64,000 bases of DNA from Vicinamibacterales bacterium (GCA_965263055.1 OZ253581.1:1455794-1519793), one strand, 5' to 3'; positions 49,132 through 62,269 are shown, numbered from the stretch's first letter. Translations and numbers: made by a program. The notes: generated by a model not told the origin, from the letters alone.

Positions 49132-50049
49132 ATGCCTCATCGCATTCTCGTCACGGGCGCCGCGGGCTTCGTCGGCCAGCACCTCGTCGCCGCACTGCGC
49201 GCCGACACCCGCAATGCAGCAGTCACCGCCTGGCGACGCCCCGACGTCGACATCCTCGACGCAGGTGCCGTCACGCGCGCGATGGCGGCGTTGCGGCCAA
49301 CACAGGTGTACCACTGCGCCGGCGCCGCAAGCGCAGCAGATTCCTGGCGGACCCGCGCCGCGACCCTCCGAACCAACGTCATCGGCACCGAACACCTGCT
49401 CGACGCGCTAAAGGCCCACGCGCCCGGCGCGCGCGTCCTGATCCCCGGTTCGGCCTTTGTCTATCGCCCAAAACCGACGGCCCTCACCGAGTACGATCCG
49501 CTCGGTCCGATCAGCCCGTACGGCCTGAGCAAACTGGCCCAGGAGATGCTGGCGCGTCGCGTCGCCGCCGCAGACGGCCTCGACGTCATCCTGACCCGAT
49601 CGTTCACCCACATCGGCCCGGGCCAGAGCACCGGATACGCGGCTTCCAGCTTTGCCAAACGGATCGCGCGGATCGAAACGGGCGGCGTCGATCCGGTGAT
49701 CGATGTGGGCGCTCTCGACGCCCGTCGTGACATCCTCGACGTCCGGGACACGGTCGCGGCGTACCGGTCCCTGATGGACCGCGGCGAGAGCGGAGCCGTT
49801 TACAACGTCTGCTCCGGCGCCGCGCATCCGATGCGGACGGTTCTCGACCGACTGCTGGCACTCTCGGACCGTCCGATCGGCGTGCGGGTCGATGCTGCGC
49901 GCCTGCGGCCGAGCGACTACCCGCTACTGCTCGGTGACAACGCGCGGCTGGCGGAAACCACCGGCTGGCGCCCGACGGTCAGCCTGGACGAGGCGCTCGC
50001 CCGCCTACTCGACCACTGGAGAGCGAGAGTGCGGGGCGAGGCAGCCTGA
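49132..50049 (+). CDS. NAD-dependent sugar-nucleotide epimerase/dehydratase/reductase (SDR family)
   Basis: ILVTGAAGFVGQHL is a Rossmann GxxGxxG motif, and ...SPYGLSKLAQE carries the YxxxK catalytic motif. Confidence 0.8.
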   Translation: MPHRILVTGAAGFVGQHLVAALRADTRNAAVTAWRRPDVDILDAGAVTRAMAALRPTQVYHCAGAASAADSWRTRAATLRTNVIGTEHLLDALKAHAPGARVLIPGSAFVYRPKPTALTEYDPLGPISPYGLSKLAQEMLARRVAAADGLDVILTRSFTHIGPGQSTGYAASSFAKRIARIETGGVDPVIDVGALDARRDILDVRDTVAAYRSLMDRGESGAVYNVCSGAAHPMRTVLDRLLALSDRPIGVRVDAARLRPSDYPLLLGDNARLAETTGWRPTVSLDEALARLLDHWRARVRGEAA

Positions 50050-50092
50050 GACAGGACGGGTCGCGGCGTCGAGAGCGATCCGCGACAAGACC

Positions 50093-50114
50093 AGCGCGCC
50101 CACCAGGGCGCGCT
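50093..50114. terminator. GC-rich perfect hairpin between convergent genes (bidirectional terminator candidate)
   Basis: AGCGCGCCC-acca-GGGCGCGCT is a 9-bp stem. A second hairpin, GTCGCGG...CCGCGAC, lies at about 50060..50085. There is no clear U-tract. Confidence 0.45.
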
Positions 50115-50120
50115 AGCGCG

Positions 50121-50957
50121 CTAGATTGTTCCGAGCAGCGCCCGGATCCGCTGCTCGGTCGGCGGGTGCGTGCTGAAGAGGGACATCATCCCCCTCCCGC
50201 CAAACGGCTTGATGATGAACATGTGCGCCGTTGCCGGGTTGGCGTCGAGCGGGACGCGCTGCGCCGCCACCTCGATCTTCTTCAGTGCATTCACCAGGCC
50301 GTAGGGACTCCCGACGATCTGCGCGGCGCGCCGGTCCGCCGCGAATTCGCGCGACCGGGAGATGGCGGCCTGAATCAGTGCGGCCGCGAGCGGCGCAACG
50401 ATGATCGTGGCGAGCAACGCCAGGGGGTTCCCGCCCCGCTCGTCCCGCCCGCCGAAACCGCCGAAGATGGCCGCCCACTGCGCCATGTTCGCGATCATCA
50501 TGATCGTTGCCGCGATCGTCGCTGCGATTGAACTGATCAGGATGTCGCGGTGCTTGACGTGCGCCAGCTCGTGCGCCATGACCCCTTCGATCTCCGCATC
50601 GTCGAGCACGCGCAGCAGCCCTTCGGTCGCCGCCACCGCCGCGTGCTTCGGGTTGCGTCCGGTGGCGAAGGCGTTCGGCGAACCGTCCGGGATCACGTAC
50701 ACCTTCGGCATCGGCAACTCCGCGCGCTGCACCAGCCGTGCCGTGATCCGGTGAAGCTTGTGATCCGGCCCCACCTCCCGTGCACGGTACATGCGGAGGA
50801 CTACCTTGTCGGACCACCAGTACGATCCGAAGTTCATCACGACAGCGAACACGAAGGCGATCACCAGTCCGTTCGATCCGCCAAACCATTGTCCGATTGC
50901 GAGCAGCACGCCGCTCAACAGGCCGAGCAACAGTGCCGTCTTGAATGCGTTTCTCAT
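50121..50957 (-). CDS. htpX: zinc metalloprotease HtpX
   Basis: ...EGVMAHELAHVKHRDIL (HExxH)...PFGGRGMMSLFSTHPPTEQRI. ATG 50957 follows a purine-rich SD, and a TAGAAT -10 lies at 50989..50984 (minus). Confidence 0.9.
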   Translation of the reverse strand: MRNAFKTALLLGLLSGVLLAIGQWFGGSNGLVIAFVFAVVMNFGSYWWSDKVVLRMYRAREVGPDHKLHRITARLVQRAELPMPKVYVIPDGSPNAFATGRNPKHAAVAATEGLLRVLDDAEIEGVMAHELAHVKHRDILISSIAATIAATIMMIANMAQWAAIFGGFGGRDERGGNPLALLATIIVAPLAAALIQAAISRSREFAADRRAAQIVGSPYGLVNALKKIEVAAQRVPLDANPATAHMFIIKPFGGRGMMSLFSTHPPTEQRIRALLGTI

Positions 50958-51010
50958 CCCTTCGCCTTCTTCTCCTGCCTCGATTCTAACAGTCTCGCTG
51001 CTGGCAGTCG

Positions 51011-52156
51011 CTAGGTCGGCGCCTCGCCCAGACGTTCGATCAGGCCGGCCACCAGCGCAGCGCGCCACGTGAGATCGGCGGTCAGGAGGTGCTCGTCCAG
51101 CGCGTGCGCGCCGTCTCCCACGGCGCCCAGGCCGTCGAGGGTCGGGACACCGAGAGCGCCGGTGAAGTTGCCATCGGATCCGCCGCCGGTCGATCCCTCG
51201 CCCAGTTCACGGCCCAGCCCGGCGGCGACGACGCGTGCCGTCTCGTACAAACGGGCCACCGCCGGCGTCCGCTCGAAGGGAGGGCGGTTGAAGCCGCCGG
51301 CCACCTCGATCACGGTGCGGTCGATGGTCGGCCGCAACGCCCGCATCCCTTCCTCGATCCAGCGCGCGTCGGCCATCGTGCCGGCACGGACGTCGACGAC
51401 CGCACGCGCCGAGTCCGCGACGACGTTCGGCCGGCTGCCACCCTCGACGATCCCGACGTTCAAGGTCACTCCGCGCGCGGGGTTGCGCAGCGCGCCGATC
51501 GCGTCGATCTGGGCCGCCAGCTCGTCGATCGCGCTGGCGCCGCGCGACGGATCGATCCCGGCGTGCGCCGCGACGCCCTGGATGCGCACCTCGAACTCGC
51601 CGCATCCCTTCCTTGCGGTCTTCACCGCGCCGCCCGGAAGTCCCGGCTCCAGCACCAGCACCGCCCCGCTCCGCCGTGCTTCGCTTTCGACCAGAGCACG
51701 CGACGTGGCGCTTCCCCGCTCCTCGTCCGCGGTCAGGAGCATGGTGACCCGGCGTTGGCCCAGCCGCCCCGTAGCCGCGAGCGCGCGCAGGGCGAGCAGG
51801 CCGATACCGATGCCTCCCTTCATGTCGTAGACGCCCGGGCCATGCAACCGGCCGTCTACTTCCCGGATCGGCATCCGCTTCAGTTGCCCCACCGGCCAGA
51901 CGGTGTCGAAGTGCCCCAACAACAGCACCTGACCATCCGATCCCTTGCCGAATCTGATGACCAGATGGTCGCCGCAAACCTCGGACGGAACCCTCTCGAC
52001 CTCGCCCCCCTGTTCGCGGCCCAGCCGCGCCAGCAGGCGTCCGCACCGGTTGGCGGCGTCGCGGTCGGTGGTGGGTGATTCGGCACTGACCAGCGCGACA
52101 AGTGTCTCGATCAGCCAGTCGTAGTGGGCGTCGCAGAACTGCCGAATTGCATGCAT
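51011..52156 (-). CDS. M20-family metallopeptidase (carboxypeptidase G2-like)
   Basis: ...VLLLGHFDTVWPVG...GVYDMKGG...LTADEERGS...GVAAHAG... The ATG at 52156 lies 7 nt downstream of TATTAT. The track's 532-aa version is an over-extension. Confidence 0.82.
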   Translation of the reverse strand: MHAIRQFCDAHYDWLIETLVALVSAESPTTDRDAANRCGRLLARLGREQGGEVERVPSEVCGDHLVIRFGKGSDGQVLLLGHFDTVWPVGQLKRMPIREVDGRLHGPGVYDMKGGIGIGLLALRALAATGRLGQRRVTMLLTADEERGSATSRALVESEARRSGAVLVLEPGLPGGAVKTARKGCGEFEVRIQGVAAHAGIDPSRGASAIDELAAQIDAIGALRNPARGVTLNVGIVEGGSRPNVVADSARAVVDVRAGTMADARWIEEGMRALRPTIDRTVIEVAGGFNRPPFERTPAVARLYETARVVAAGLGRELGEGSTGGGSDGNFTGALGVPTLDGLGAVGDGAHALDEHLLTADLTWRAALVAGLIERLGEAPT

Positions 52157-52162
52157 TTGGGG

Positions 52163-52169
52163 CATAATA
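52163..52169. promoter_or_regulatory. overlapping face-to-face -10 boxes for the divergent M20 peptidase (TATTAT, minus) and a secreted protein (CATAAT, plus)
   Basis: The core is gCATAATAg. CATAAT at 52163..52168 is 6 nt before GTG 52175. TATTAT (rc of 52164..52169) is 7 nt before ATG 52156. Confidence 0.45.
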
Positions 52170-52174
52170 GGCCT

Positions 52175-52798
52175 GTGACGCACGTCGATGCGGCGTGGCG
52201 GCTGATTCTTGTGGCCGCTGTCGCCGCCCTCACCGCGGTCGCCATTCCGGTCGCCGCCGAGGCGCAACGGCGACCGCTCACGCCCCGGCCCTTCCCGGCG
52301 CCCGGGGAACCGGAGGCGGTCGCGCCGAACGAAGGGGACGGAACCTCCGCCACCCTGGCTGCCGGACAACCGCCCCTGAACGGTGCGCCGCAGTCCGCTG
52401 CCGCCCTGTTCGATCGGGAAGCGCCCACCGAGGCGGACCTTGGCGTGGCGATCTTCCCGAGCGCGCAATTCATCACGTCGTACGACGCGGGCCGAGGGCA
52501 GCGCTTCCACCTTTTCGGCTCCATCGCGCCGTTCACGGATCTCGTGGATTACTACTCGGTCGTGCTCGACGATCGGGGCCGCCGGGTCTACGACCAGCCA
52601 GCCATTCACCAGTTCGAGACCGCGCGGTTCCGGGACCGCGAGATGGACTACCGCCCGAGCGTGACGATCAAGGACTACAACTGGAACGGTTCGCCCGGCT
52701 ATCCGAACACTACGCCGGGAACCGAACCGCCGGCGTTTCCGACGATCATTCAGATCACGACGCTGCCGAACTCACCGGCAGCGACTGACGAACGCTGA
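52175..52798 (+). CDS. hypothetical secreted protein
   Basis: The signal peptide is RLILVAAVAALTAVAIPVAAEAQ, followed by a Pro-rich linker and about 130 aa of non-repetitive sequence. I recognise no family. Confidence 0.5.
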   Translation: MTHVDAAWRLILVAAVAALTAVAIPVAAEAQRRPLTPRPFPAPGEPEAVAPNEGDGTSATLAAGQPPLNGAPQSAAALFDREAPTEADLGVAIFPSAQFITSYDAGRGQRFHLFGSIAPFTDLVDYYSVVLDDRGRRVYDQPAIHQFETARFRDREMDYRPSVTIKDYNWNGSPGYPNTTPGTEPPAFPTIIQITTLPNSPAATDER

Positions 52799-52856
52799 CT
52801 CCCGCGCGCGGGCGCCGGTCTGCCTCCGCGCCGGTCCTGCACCCGGCCCGTCCCCG

Positions 52857-54688
<1,832 letters not shown>

Positions 54689-55162
54689 ATGCGGGTCGCG
54701 CTGGGGGCCGATCATGCGGGAGTTGCGCTCAAGGATCGGGTTCGGGGCACACTCGACGGGAACGGCAACTGCCTGCCGGTTGGCATTGTCGACGAGTTGT
54801 TCGACCTCGGCGTCCACTCGACGGATCCCGCCGACTACCCCGATGTTGCCCGGGAAGTCGCGGCCGGTGTTGCAAGCGGCGCGTACGACCGTGGCATCCT
54901 GATCTGCGGCAGCGGGGTGGGCATGTCGATTGCCGCCAACAAGGTGCCGGGCATCCGCGCGGCGCTCGTCCACACGGTCGAGAGCGCCAGGCTCTGCCGC
55001 GAGCACAACGACGCCAACATCCTGGCCCTCGCCGGCCGGTCGCTGTCCGAGACGGACGCCCTGACCATCATCAAGGCGTTCCTCGAAACGCCCTTTGCCG
55101 GCGGACGCCACCAACGCCGCGTCGACAAGATCGCGGCCATCGAACGCGGCCCCACGCCATGA
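54689..55162 (+). CDS. rpiB: ribose-5-phosphate isomerase B
   Basis: [11 protein letters not shown]...[10 protein letters not shown]...[25 protein letters not shown]...[12 protein letters not shown]...[11 protein letters not shown]. Confidence 0.9.
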   Translation: MRVALGADHAGVALKDRVRGTLDGNGNCLPVGIVDELFDLGVHSTDPADYPDVAREVAAGVASGAYDRGILICGSGVGMSIAANKVPGIRAALVHTVESARLCREHNDANILALAGRSLSETDALTIIKAFLETPFAGGRHQRRVDKIAAIERGPTP

Positions 55163-56451
55163 CCGACACGCTTGACACCCTCGACATCACCACGCCGCTC
55201 GCCGCGCGCGACCCGGAGATCGCCACCGCCCTCGCCAACGAGAGGATCCGGCAGAACGACGGCCTCGAACTGATCGCCTCGGAGAACTTCGCCAGCGAGG
55301 CGGTGATGGAGGCGATGGGATCCGTCCTCACCAACAAGTACGCCGAAGGCTACCCGGGCAGGCGCTACTACGGCGGCTGCGAGTTCGTCGACGTTGCCGA
55401 ATCACTCGCCATCGAGCGGGCCAAGGCGCTTTTCGGCGCCGAGCACGCGAACGTGCAGCCTCACTCCGGCGCCCAGGCGAACATGGCGGCGTACTTCGCG
55501 CTCATCAAACCGGGCGACACCGTGCTCGGCATGAACCTCGCGCATGGCGGGCACCTGACACATGGCCACCCGCTCAACTTCTCCGGGCAGCTCTACACGA
55601 TCGTGCCGTACGGCGTCAGGCGCGACGACGAGCGCATCGATTACGACAACCTGGAGCGTCTCGCGCGCGAACACAAGCCGCAGATGGTCATGGTGGGCGC
55701 CTCCGCCTACCCGCGCGTGATCGACTTCGCACGGATCGCCGCCGTGGCCGCCGAGGTGGGCGCATCGGTCGTAACCGACATGGCGCACATCGCCGGTCTG
55801 GTCGCGACCGGCATCCACCCCAGCCCGATCCCGCACTCCGACGTGGTCACCACGACAACGCACAAGACGCTCCGCGGTCCGCGCGGAGGCCTGATCCTCT
55901 GCCGGGACGACCACCGTCCCGCGATCAACCGGGCGCTCTTCCCCGGCGTGCAGGGGGGGCCGCTGATGCACGTGATCGCCGCCAAGGCGGTCTGCCTTAG
56001 GGAGGCCGCCGAGCCGGAGTTCGCGGATTACCAGCGGCAGGTGGTCCGGAACGCGACCCGCCTGGCGGACGCGCTCGCCGCACAGGGTTTCCGGATTGTG
56101 AGCGGCGGGACTGACAACCACCTGCTGCTGGTCGATGTCTTCTCGCGCGGCCTGACCGGGAAGGTGTCTGAGAAGGCGCTTGGCCGCGCCGGCATCACGG
56201 TGAACAAGAACGCGATCCCGTTCGACCAGCAGCCGCCGATGGTGGCCAGCGGCATCCGGTTAGGGACGCCCGCGCTCACGACCCGTAGCATGGCGGAGAC
56301 GGAAATGGAGACGGTGGCGGAGTTCATCGGCCGCGTTCTGGCCGACCCCGAGGACGAGGGCGTGGCCCGCATGGTCCGGACCGAGGTGGAAGCGCTATGC
56401 CGGAAGTTCCCCCTGTACCCGACGACAGCGTCGAGCCCGAGCGGGAACTGA
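55159..56451 (+). CDS. glyA: serine hydroxymethyltransferase
   Basis: [11 protein letters not shown]...[18 protein letters not shown]...[14 protein letters not shown]. The start overlaps the rpiB stop (ATGA). Confidence 0.95.
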   Translation: MTDTLDTLDITTPLAARDPEIATALANERIRQNDGLELIASENFASEAVMEAMGSVLTNKYAEGYPGRRYYGGCEFVDVAESLAIERAKALFGAEHANVQPHSGAQANMAAYFALIKPGDTVLGMNLAHGGHLTHGHPLNFSGQLYTIVPYGVRRDDERIDYDNLERLAREHKPQMVMVGASAYPRVIDFARIAAVAAEVGASVVTDMAHIAGLVATGIHPSPIPHSDVVTTTTHKTLRGPRGGLILCRDDHRPAINRALFPGVQGGPLMHVIAAKAVCLREAAEPEFADYQRQVVRNATRLADALAAQGFRIVSGGTDNHLLLVDVFSRGLTGKVSEKALGRAGITVNKNAIPFDQQPPMVASGIRLGTPALTTRSMAETEMETVAEFIGRVLADPEDEGVARMVRTEVEALCRKFPLYPTTASSPSGN

Positions 56452-58508
56452 CGGTCGAACCGGACGACGACGTCGCGGATCTGACGTCGCAGGTCGCCGA
56501 GGCGCTGGCCGACGACGGATGGCTCGCGCGGACGTTGCCGGGCTTCGAGCCGAGACCGGGTCAGCGCCGGATGGCCGCCGCGGTGGCGCACCTGCTCGGG
56601 ACGGGCGGTGTGCTGCTCGCCGAGGCGGGAACCGGTACCGGCAAGACGCTCGCCTATCTGGTGCCGGCGATCCTGAGCGGCGAGCGGGTCGTGATCTCGA
56701 CCGGCACGCGTAACCTGCAGGATCAGATCTTCTACAAGGACCTGCGCGAGCTGCGCGACGCCCTCGGCGTCACCTTCCGCGCCACCTACATGAAGGGACG
56801 CGGCAACTACCTGTGCCTCCACCGCTTCGAGACGGCGCGGACCGAGGCCCAGATGAGGCTGCTTCCCCACGCGGAGAGCGACATCCTCGACCGGATCGCC
56901 GAGTGGGCCGTGCAGACGGACACGGGCGACCGGGCGGAGATCGAAGACCTTCCGGACGACCTCCCGGTCTGGAACGACATCGCAGCGACAACCGAGAACT
57001 GCATCGGATTGGACTGCCCCCGCTACCACGACTGCTTCGTCACATCGATGCGGCAACGCGCCGCCGAGGCGGACCTCGTGATCGTCAACCACCATCTTCT
57101 CTGCGCCGATGCGGCAGTGCGGCACGCGGCCGCCGGCGCCGGCAGTGTCATTCCCGACTGCGCGACGGTAGTCATCGACGAAGCCCACCAGTTGGAGGAT
57201 GTCGCGACACGGTCGTTCGCGAACAGCATCAGCAGCTTCAAGCTGGCCGAACTCGAGCGTGACGGCAGGCGGGTGGCGTCAGGCGCCTCGGCCGCCACGG
57301 CACGGACGACCTTCCGAAACGACGAGACCGACAACAACCGGACGGTACCCGGCAACGCACCGAGCGAGACCGACGTACGCGAGCTGCACGTTCGGATCGA
57401 CGCCCTCAAAGCAGACGCGCGCAACTTCTTCGCCCTGCTCGAACCGCTCGCCCCCGGTCCTGACCGAATCCGTGTCACCGCCGACATGCTCATCCCCGCG
57501 GCCGAGGCGGGCCGGCTGCTTGCGGGCACCCTGGGCGATATGGCCGACTTCCTGTCGAAGGCGGCCGCACCGGCGGAGGATGCCGAGCTCGCCAGCCTCG
57601 GCCGCCGGGCCGCCGAACTCCGGGAACAGATCGCGTTCCTCGTCGCGGCCGACGATCCGCGCTTCGTCTACTACCTCGAACGGCGTGGCCGGGGCACGTT
57701 GCTGAGCGCCGCGCCGATCGATGTCTCCGACATCATCCGGGAGTTGCTGATCGACCGGATGCGATCCGTGCTCCTGACTTCCGCCACGCTGACCGTCGAC
57801 GGATCGTTCCGGTATGTCCGTGGACGCCTCGGTATCGATGACGCGGCCGAGCTGCAGGTGCCCTCCGAGTTCGACTTCCGCCGCCAGGCGGTCCTGTATC
57901 TGCCGCGCCGCATGCCGCCACCGGGAGACCGCGGCTTCGCCGAGGCGGTCGCCCGGGAAGTGCGCGCGCTGCTCGACGTGACCGCGGGACGCGCTTTCGT
58001 CCTGTTCACCAGTTACGCAAACCTGCAGGCGGTCCGAGCGCGGATAGAGCCAACCTGCCCGTACCCCCTCCTTGTGCAGGGAACCGCACCGCGCAGCGCG
58101 CTCCTGCGCGAGTTCCGCGCGACGCCGAACGCTGTGCTGCTTGCCACGTCCAGCTTCTGGCAGGGGGTTGACGTCGTTGGCGAGGCGTTGAGCTGCGTCG
58201 TGATCGACAAGCTGCCATTCGCCTCGCCCGGGGATCCAATCGTCGCCGCGCGGCTGGACCAGATTGCCGAGGAAGGGAGGAACGCGTTCGCCGACTATCA
58301 GGTGCCGCTTGCCATCCTGACGCTGCTCCAGGGCCTGGGCCGCCTGATCCGCCACCGGACCGATCGCGGGGTGCTCGCGCTGCTCGATCCACGGCTCCGC
58401 ACGCGCGGCTACGGCCGCCGCTTCCTGAACTCACTCCCCCCAGCTCGAGTGACGCACGACCTGGCCGATGTATACAACTTCCTCAAGGGCGATAGACTGG
58501 AGCCATGA
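56397..58508 (+). CDS. dinG: DinG/Rad3-like ATP-dependent DNA helicase with an Fe-S-type Cys cluster
   Basis: [11 protein letters not shown]...[19 protein letters not shown] (Walker A)...C..H..(x)..[12 protein letters not shown]...[12 protein letters not shown] (DEAH)...[11 protein letters not shown]. The start overlaps glyA by 55 nt and is uncertain. Confidence 0.82.
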   Translation: MPEVPPVPDDSVEPERELTVEPDDDVADLTSQVAEALADDGWLARTLPGFEPRPGQRRMAAAVAHLLGTGGVLLAEAGTGTGKTLAYLVPAILSGERVVISTGTRNLQDQIFYKDLRELRDALGVTFRATYMKGRGNYLCLHRFETARTEAQMRLLPHAESDILDRIAEWAVQTDTGDRAEIEDLPDDLPVWNDIAATTENCIGLDCPRYHDCFVTSMRQRAAEADLVIVNHHLLCADAAVRHAAAGAGSVIPDCATVVIDEAHQLEDVATRSFANSISSFKLAELERDGRRVASGASAATARTTFRNDETDNNRTVPGNAPSETDVRELHVRIDALKADARNFFALLEPLAPGPDRIRVTADMLIPAAEAGRLLAGTLGDMADFLSKAAAPAEDAELASLGRRAAELREQIAFLVAADDPRFVYYLERRGRGTLLSAAPIDVSDIIRELLIDRMRSVLLTSATLTVDGSFRYVRGRLGIDDAAELQVPSEFDFRRQAVLYLPRRMPPPGDRGFAEAVAREVRALLDVTAGRAFVLFTSYANLQAVRARIEPTCPYPLLVQGTAPRSALLREFRATPNAVLLATSSFWQGVDVVGEALSCVVIDKLPFASPGDPIVAARLDQIAEEGRNAFADYQVPLAILTLLQGLGRLIRHRTDRGVLALLDPRLRTRGYGRRFLNSLPPARVTHDLADVYNFLKGDRLEP

Positions 58509-59455
58509 CCCGTTACATCACCGCACTCATCGCTGTCGTCCTCGGGACCGTGTCAACCTACGCCCAGACGACCGGAATGGTTCAGGGCACCGTCGCCGAC
58601 GCTGACGGCGGGTCGGTCGCGGGTGCGCTCGTGATTCTCCTGCCGATGCGAGAGGGAAGGGAAGCAGTCGAGCTGGAAACCGGCGCAGACGGCCGGTTCG
58701 CCCGCTCCGACATTCCGTCCGGTTTCTACACCATCACGGCCGCACTAGGCGATCAGCGAAGCGATGTCTACCGGGTCCAGGTGCGCGACCGCCGGACGGC
58801 CGAGGTCCGCTTCATCCTCGAGGCGGGCCGAACCTCGGCGCCCCGGCTGGCCGGCGGCGATCAGTCGGAACTCGACTCGCTGTTCGAAGCGGGCGTCGCC
58901 GCGAACCGTGAAGGCGCCTTTGCCGAGGCGATCACTTACTTCAGTCTGGGCGTGCAGCTCTTCCCCAGCTGCGTTGAGTGCTACTACAACGCCGGCATCG
59001 CGTATGGTGCGCTCGAGCAGTGGGAGGAGGCGGAGCGCGCGTTCAACGACGCCCTCGCCGTGCAGCCTGACTACACCGCCGCGTACTACGGCCTGTCGGA
59101 CATCTACGCGAGGTGGGGGCGACCGGACGATGCTGCGGCCGCGCGTGAGGCGGCGACCGAGCTGACGCTCTCCGCGCTCGCTATGAACCGACAGCGGGCC
59201 GTCGACGCGGTGGACCTTGGCCTTGTGTCGCGAGACACGGGCAACCTCGAAGATGCGCGCACGCGTTTCGAGGAGGCGACCACCTACGACATGACGCACG
59301 CGCCGGCTTACTACTGGCTCGGCGTCACTTTCGTCGAGCTGAACGATCCGACCGCTGCCACGGCGGCGTTCTACCGCTACCTCAGCCTCGACGGGAGCGG
59401 CGAACATGCCGCCGACGCACGGGCGCGCCTCGCCGTCCTGGACCCGCCGCGGTGA
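58505..59455 (+). CDS. secreted carboxypeptidase-regulatory-like domain plus TPR-repeat protein
   Basis: It has a signal peptide and then GMVQGTVADADGGSVAGALVILL...GRFARSDIPSGFYTI (CarboxypepD_reg-like). TPR-like repeats follow. Confidence 0.7.
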   Translation: MTRYITALIAVVLGTVSTYAQTTGMVQGTVADADGGSVAGALVILLPMREGREAVELETGADGRFARSDIPSGFYTITAALGDQRSDVYRVQVRDRRTAEVRFILEAGRTSAPRLAGGDQSELDSLFEAGVAANREGAFAEAITYFSLGVQLFPSCVECYYNAGIAYGALEQWEEAERAFNDALAVQPDYTAAYYGLSDIYARWGRPDDAAAAREAATELTLSALAMNRQRAVDAVDLGLVSRDTGNLEDARTRFEEATTYDMTHAPAYYWLGVTFVELNDPTAATAAFYRYLSLDGSGEHAADARARLAVLDPPR

Positions 59456-60174
59456 GCGCGGCGCCCGCCGCGGATCGGCTCGCCGCGAACATCCGGTCCG
59501 TCCGTGACCGGATCGCACGTGCCGCCGCCGCCTCGGGCCGCAGCGCGGACGATGTCCGACTGGTCGCCGTCTCGAAGACCTTTCCGCTCGAGACGATCGC
59601 CGCCGCGGCCGCCGCCGGGCTCGAGGACTTCGGCGAGAACCGTGTGCAGGAGGCCCTCGGGAAGATGGAGCCGGCCTCGGACCTGCCGCCGATCCGCTGG
59701 CACCTGATCGGCCATCTGCAGTCGAACAAGGCGCGTCAGGCAGCCGCGAAGTTCGACTGGATTCACTCGGTCGACAGCGTGAAGCTGCTTCGCCGTCTCG
59801 ACGCCGCCGCCGTCGAAGCCGGCACGCGCCCTGCACTGCTGATACAGGCCGACCTCGGGGGTGAAGCACAGAAGCATGGTGCCGGCCGCGACGAGGTGCG
59901 CCGTCTCTTCGACGCCGCCGCCGACTGCCGCGCCGTGGAGTCGCGCGGTCTGATGCTGATCCCGCCCTGGAACGAGAACCCGGAGGAAACCCGCCCCTAC
60001 TTCCGTCAGCTCCGCGAGTTGCGAGACACCCTCCACGGCGAAGGCGTCCCCGAGTCGCGGCTCGCGCACCTCTCGATGGGTATGAGCCACGACTTCGAGG
60101 CGGCGGTGGAGGAAGGCGCGACGATGGTCCGCGTGGGCACCGGCCTGTTCGGCCGCCGCACGCCGATCCGCTAG
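59452..60174 (+). CDS. yggS: YggS-family pyridoxal-phosphate homeostasis protein
   Basis: VRLVAVSKTFP...GENRVQE...WHLIGHLQSNKA...LSMGMSHDFEAAVEEGATMVRVGTGLFG. Confidence 0.9.
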   Translation: MSAAPAADRLAANIRSVRDRIARAAAASGRSADDVRLVAVSKTFPLETIAAAAAAGLEDFGENRVQEALGKMEPASDLPPIRWHLIGHLQSNKARQAAAKFDWIHSVDSVKLLRRLDAAAVEAGTRPALLIQADLGGEAQKHGAGRDEVRRLFDAAADCRAVESRGLMLIPPWNENPEETRPYFRQLRELRDTLHGEGVPESRLAHLSMGMSHDFEAAVEEGATMVRVGTGLFGRRTPIR

Positions 60175-60187
60175 CCGGAATCCTGAG

Positions 60188-61462
60188 CTACGGTGCAGCA
60201 GTGATCGTCGCCCCGGCCAGCTCGGCTATCGCGGCCAGCGTTGTCTGCGCCGCGTTCAGCCCGAGCCGGAAGTCGTCGTCCGTGAACGTCACGTAGAGGT
60301 CGGTCGGCTGGTGCCAGTGGGGATTCCAGCCGGCTCCGACGTGCATGCCACGCTCGTTCTCCCGCAGGCTGATCGACGGCGTGATGTTCATGAACGGCGT
60401 CGAGTCGGTATTGGTCATGTGGGGGCCGACGGTCGCCGGGTAATCGGTCGCGTAGGCGTCGTTGGCGGCCTTGAAGCGGAACGCCAGGTCGCGCGACTCG
60501 ACGGCCAGATCCGAGTTCGACTGGAACTCGATGTTGACGTCGGCCTCACGCCGCTGATCCCGGCTGACCACGCCGTCCTGCCCCGGCGCCCCGTGGTCGA
60601 ACAGCATCATGTCGTGCTGGATCATCCCGAGCCAGCGCGGCTCAGGATAGCGGCCCGACCCGGGCGGGTCCTCCAGGCCCTGCCGCTCGCGTCGCTGCTC
60701 AACGTAGGCGCGGCTTCCGTTGAGCCCGGTCTCCTCGTTGTTCCAGAGCGCGAAACGTATCGACACGGCGGTCCGCACGTCCGGGGCGCTGAGGATGCGC
60801 GCCAGCTCCATCACCAGCGCCGTGCCCGACGCGTCGTCGTCGGCCGCCTCGCCGAAGCCATGCCCGTCCATGTGCGCGCCGAGGATGTACATCTCACCTG
60901 GCCGAGTAGCTCCTACCCTGGTGCAGTACACCTGCGACCGCTCGCCGTTGATCGGTTCCTCCAGGTTGAGCGCGCGCAGCGCCTCGTCCGGCTGCATCAG
61001 CGGATCGCGGACGACGCCGGTGCGTGCCCGATAGCCGAAGATCGAGCTGCCGCCGGGTCCGCTCCCGTTGCGTCCGATGCGTCCGCCGGTCGGCGTTGGC
61101 TCGGTCGGATTCAGCGAGCCCCGCGCGGCCGCGCCGCCTCTGGCGCCGCCGTCGCGAGGCGGCGGCGGGTCGTAAGTGTAGTACAGCCGCTCGGTGGGAC
61201 AGCCGGCCGCCTGGAGCTGCGCCTCGATCCAACCGACGGCATCGCGGTTGCGCTGCGTTCCCTGCCGGCGGTCGCCGAACTGCGTCAGGCCCTTGATGAC
61301 CGCCTTGTAGCGTTCCAGATCGAGCCGGCCGACCAGCACGGCGAGCGGGTCGCTTGCGCCGTCGCCCGGATCCGTACGCTGCTGCCCCGCGACGATGACT
61401 TCGTGACCCAGCGCGGTGATCAGCGCACCGGCGATAGCCATCCCTGCCACGGTCGCACGCAT
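60188..61462 (-). CDS. M28-family metallopeptidase (secreted)
   Basis: ...ILGAHMDGHGFGEAADDDASGTALVMELARIL...FALWNNEETGLNGSRAYV. Confidence 0.82.
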   Translation of the reverse strand: MRATVAGMAIAGALITALGHEVIVAGQQRTDPGDGASDPLAVLVGRLDLERYKAVIKGLTQFGDRRQGTQRNRDAVGWIEAQLQAAGCPTERLYYTYDPPPPRDGGARGGAAARGSLNPTEPTPTGGRIGRNGSGPGGSSIFGYRARTGVVRDPLMQPDEALRALNLEEPINGERSQVYCTRVGATRPGEMYILGAHMDGHGFGEAADDDASGTALVMELARILSAPDVRTAVSIRFALWNNEETGLNGSRAYVEQRRERQGLEDPPGSGRYPEPRWLGMIQHDMMLFDHGAPGQDGVVSRDQRREADVNIEFQSNSDLAVESRDLAFRFKAANDAYATDYPATVGPHMTNTDSTPFMNITPSISLRENERGMHVGAGWNPHWHQPTDLYVTFTDDDFRLGLNAAQTTLAAIAELAGATITAAP

Positions 61463-61492
61463 CGGCGTCCCCCCTGTACTCGCGTTGCCGGG

Positions 61493-62269
61493 TCAGCGTA
61501 CCTGGTGAAGCATGCGGTCCCAGCGGGTCCGCGCGAAGAAGCTGACCGCGCCCGAGGCAGCGCGCCGGACCGCGGCTCCGAGGCCCGGCTGCGGGATCAC
61601 GACCGGAGGCCCGGCGTCGTACGACCAGTAGATCACCGTTGCCTTCCCCTTGATGTGATCGACCGGCAGCGGTCCCCAGAACCGGCTGTCCTCCGAGTCG
61701 TCGCGGTTGTCCCCCATGGCGAAGTAGTGTCCGTCGGGGATCGAGATCGGGCCGTGGTTGTCGCGGCCACCCACCAGCTGCCCTCCCGGCCGGAGGCGCC
61801 GCTCATGCTCCGGCAGGTACGGCTCGTCGAGCGCCACACCTTCGATGTACACCTGTTTGTCGCGCACTTCAAGGGTCTCCCCCGGGAGACCGATGATCCG
61901 CTTGATGAAGTCACGCTCCGGATCGAGCGGGAACTTGAAGACCACGATGTCGCCCCGGGCGACATCGGTCTTCGGCAGCACCGCCTGCTCGGTGTCGGAG
62001 AGCACGGGGCCGAAGACGAACTTGTTGACCAGCAGGTAGTCCCCCACCAGCAGGTTGTGCTCCATCGATCCGGTCGGGATGGTGAACGCCTGCACCACCC
62101 ACGTCCGGACGAAGAGGGCCAGAATGACGGCAATGACGATCGCCTCGAGATACTCGCGCGCCGTCGACTTCCGAAACGGCATGCCTCGATCCGCAGCCGA
62201 CGGCTCGCGGCCCGCGCCGGGGGGCGGCCCGTTCCGCCTTGCGCCACGCGTGCCGCTACGCTTCGCCAT
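61493..62269 (-). CDS. lepB: signal peptidase I
   Basis: It has a TM anchor, then PTGSMEHNLLVGDYLLVNKF (catalytic Ser region) and ...GDNRDDSEDSRFWG. ATG 62269 shares one nt with the lepA TGA. Confidence 0.9.
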   Translation of the reverse strand: MAKRSGTRGARRNGPPPGAGREPSAADRGMPFRKSTAREYLEAIVIAVILALFVRTWVVQAFTIPTGSMEHNLLVGDYLLVNKFVFGPVLSDTEQAVLPKTDVARGDIVVFKFPLDPERDFIKRIIGLPGETLEVRDKQVYIEGVALDEPYLPEHERRLRPGGQLVGGRDNHGPISIPDGHYFAMGDNRDDSEDSRFWGPLPVDHIKGKATVIYWSYDAGPPVVIPQPGLGAAVRRAASGAVSFFARTRWDRMLHQVR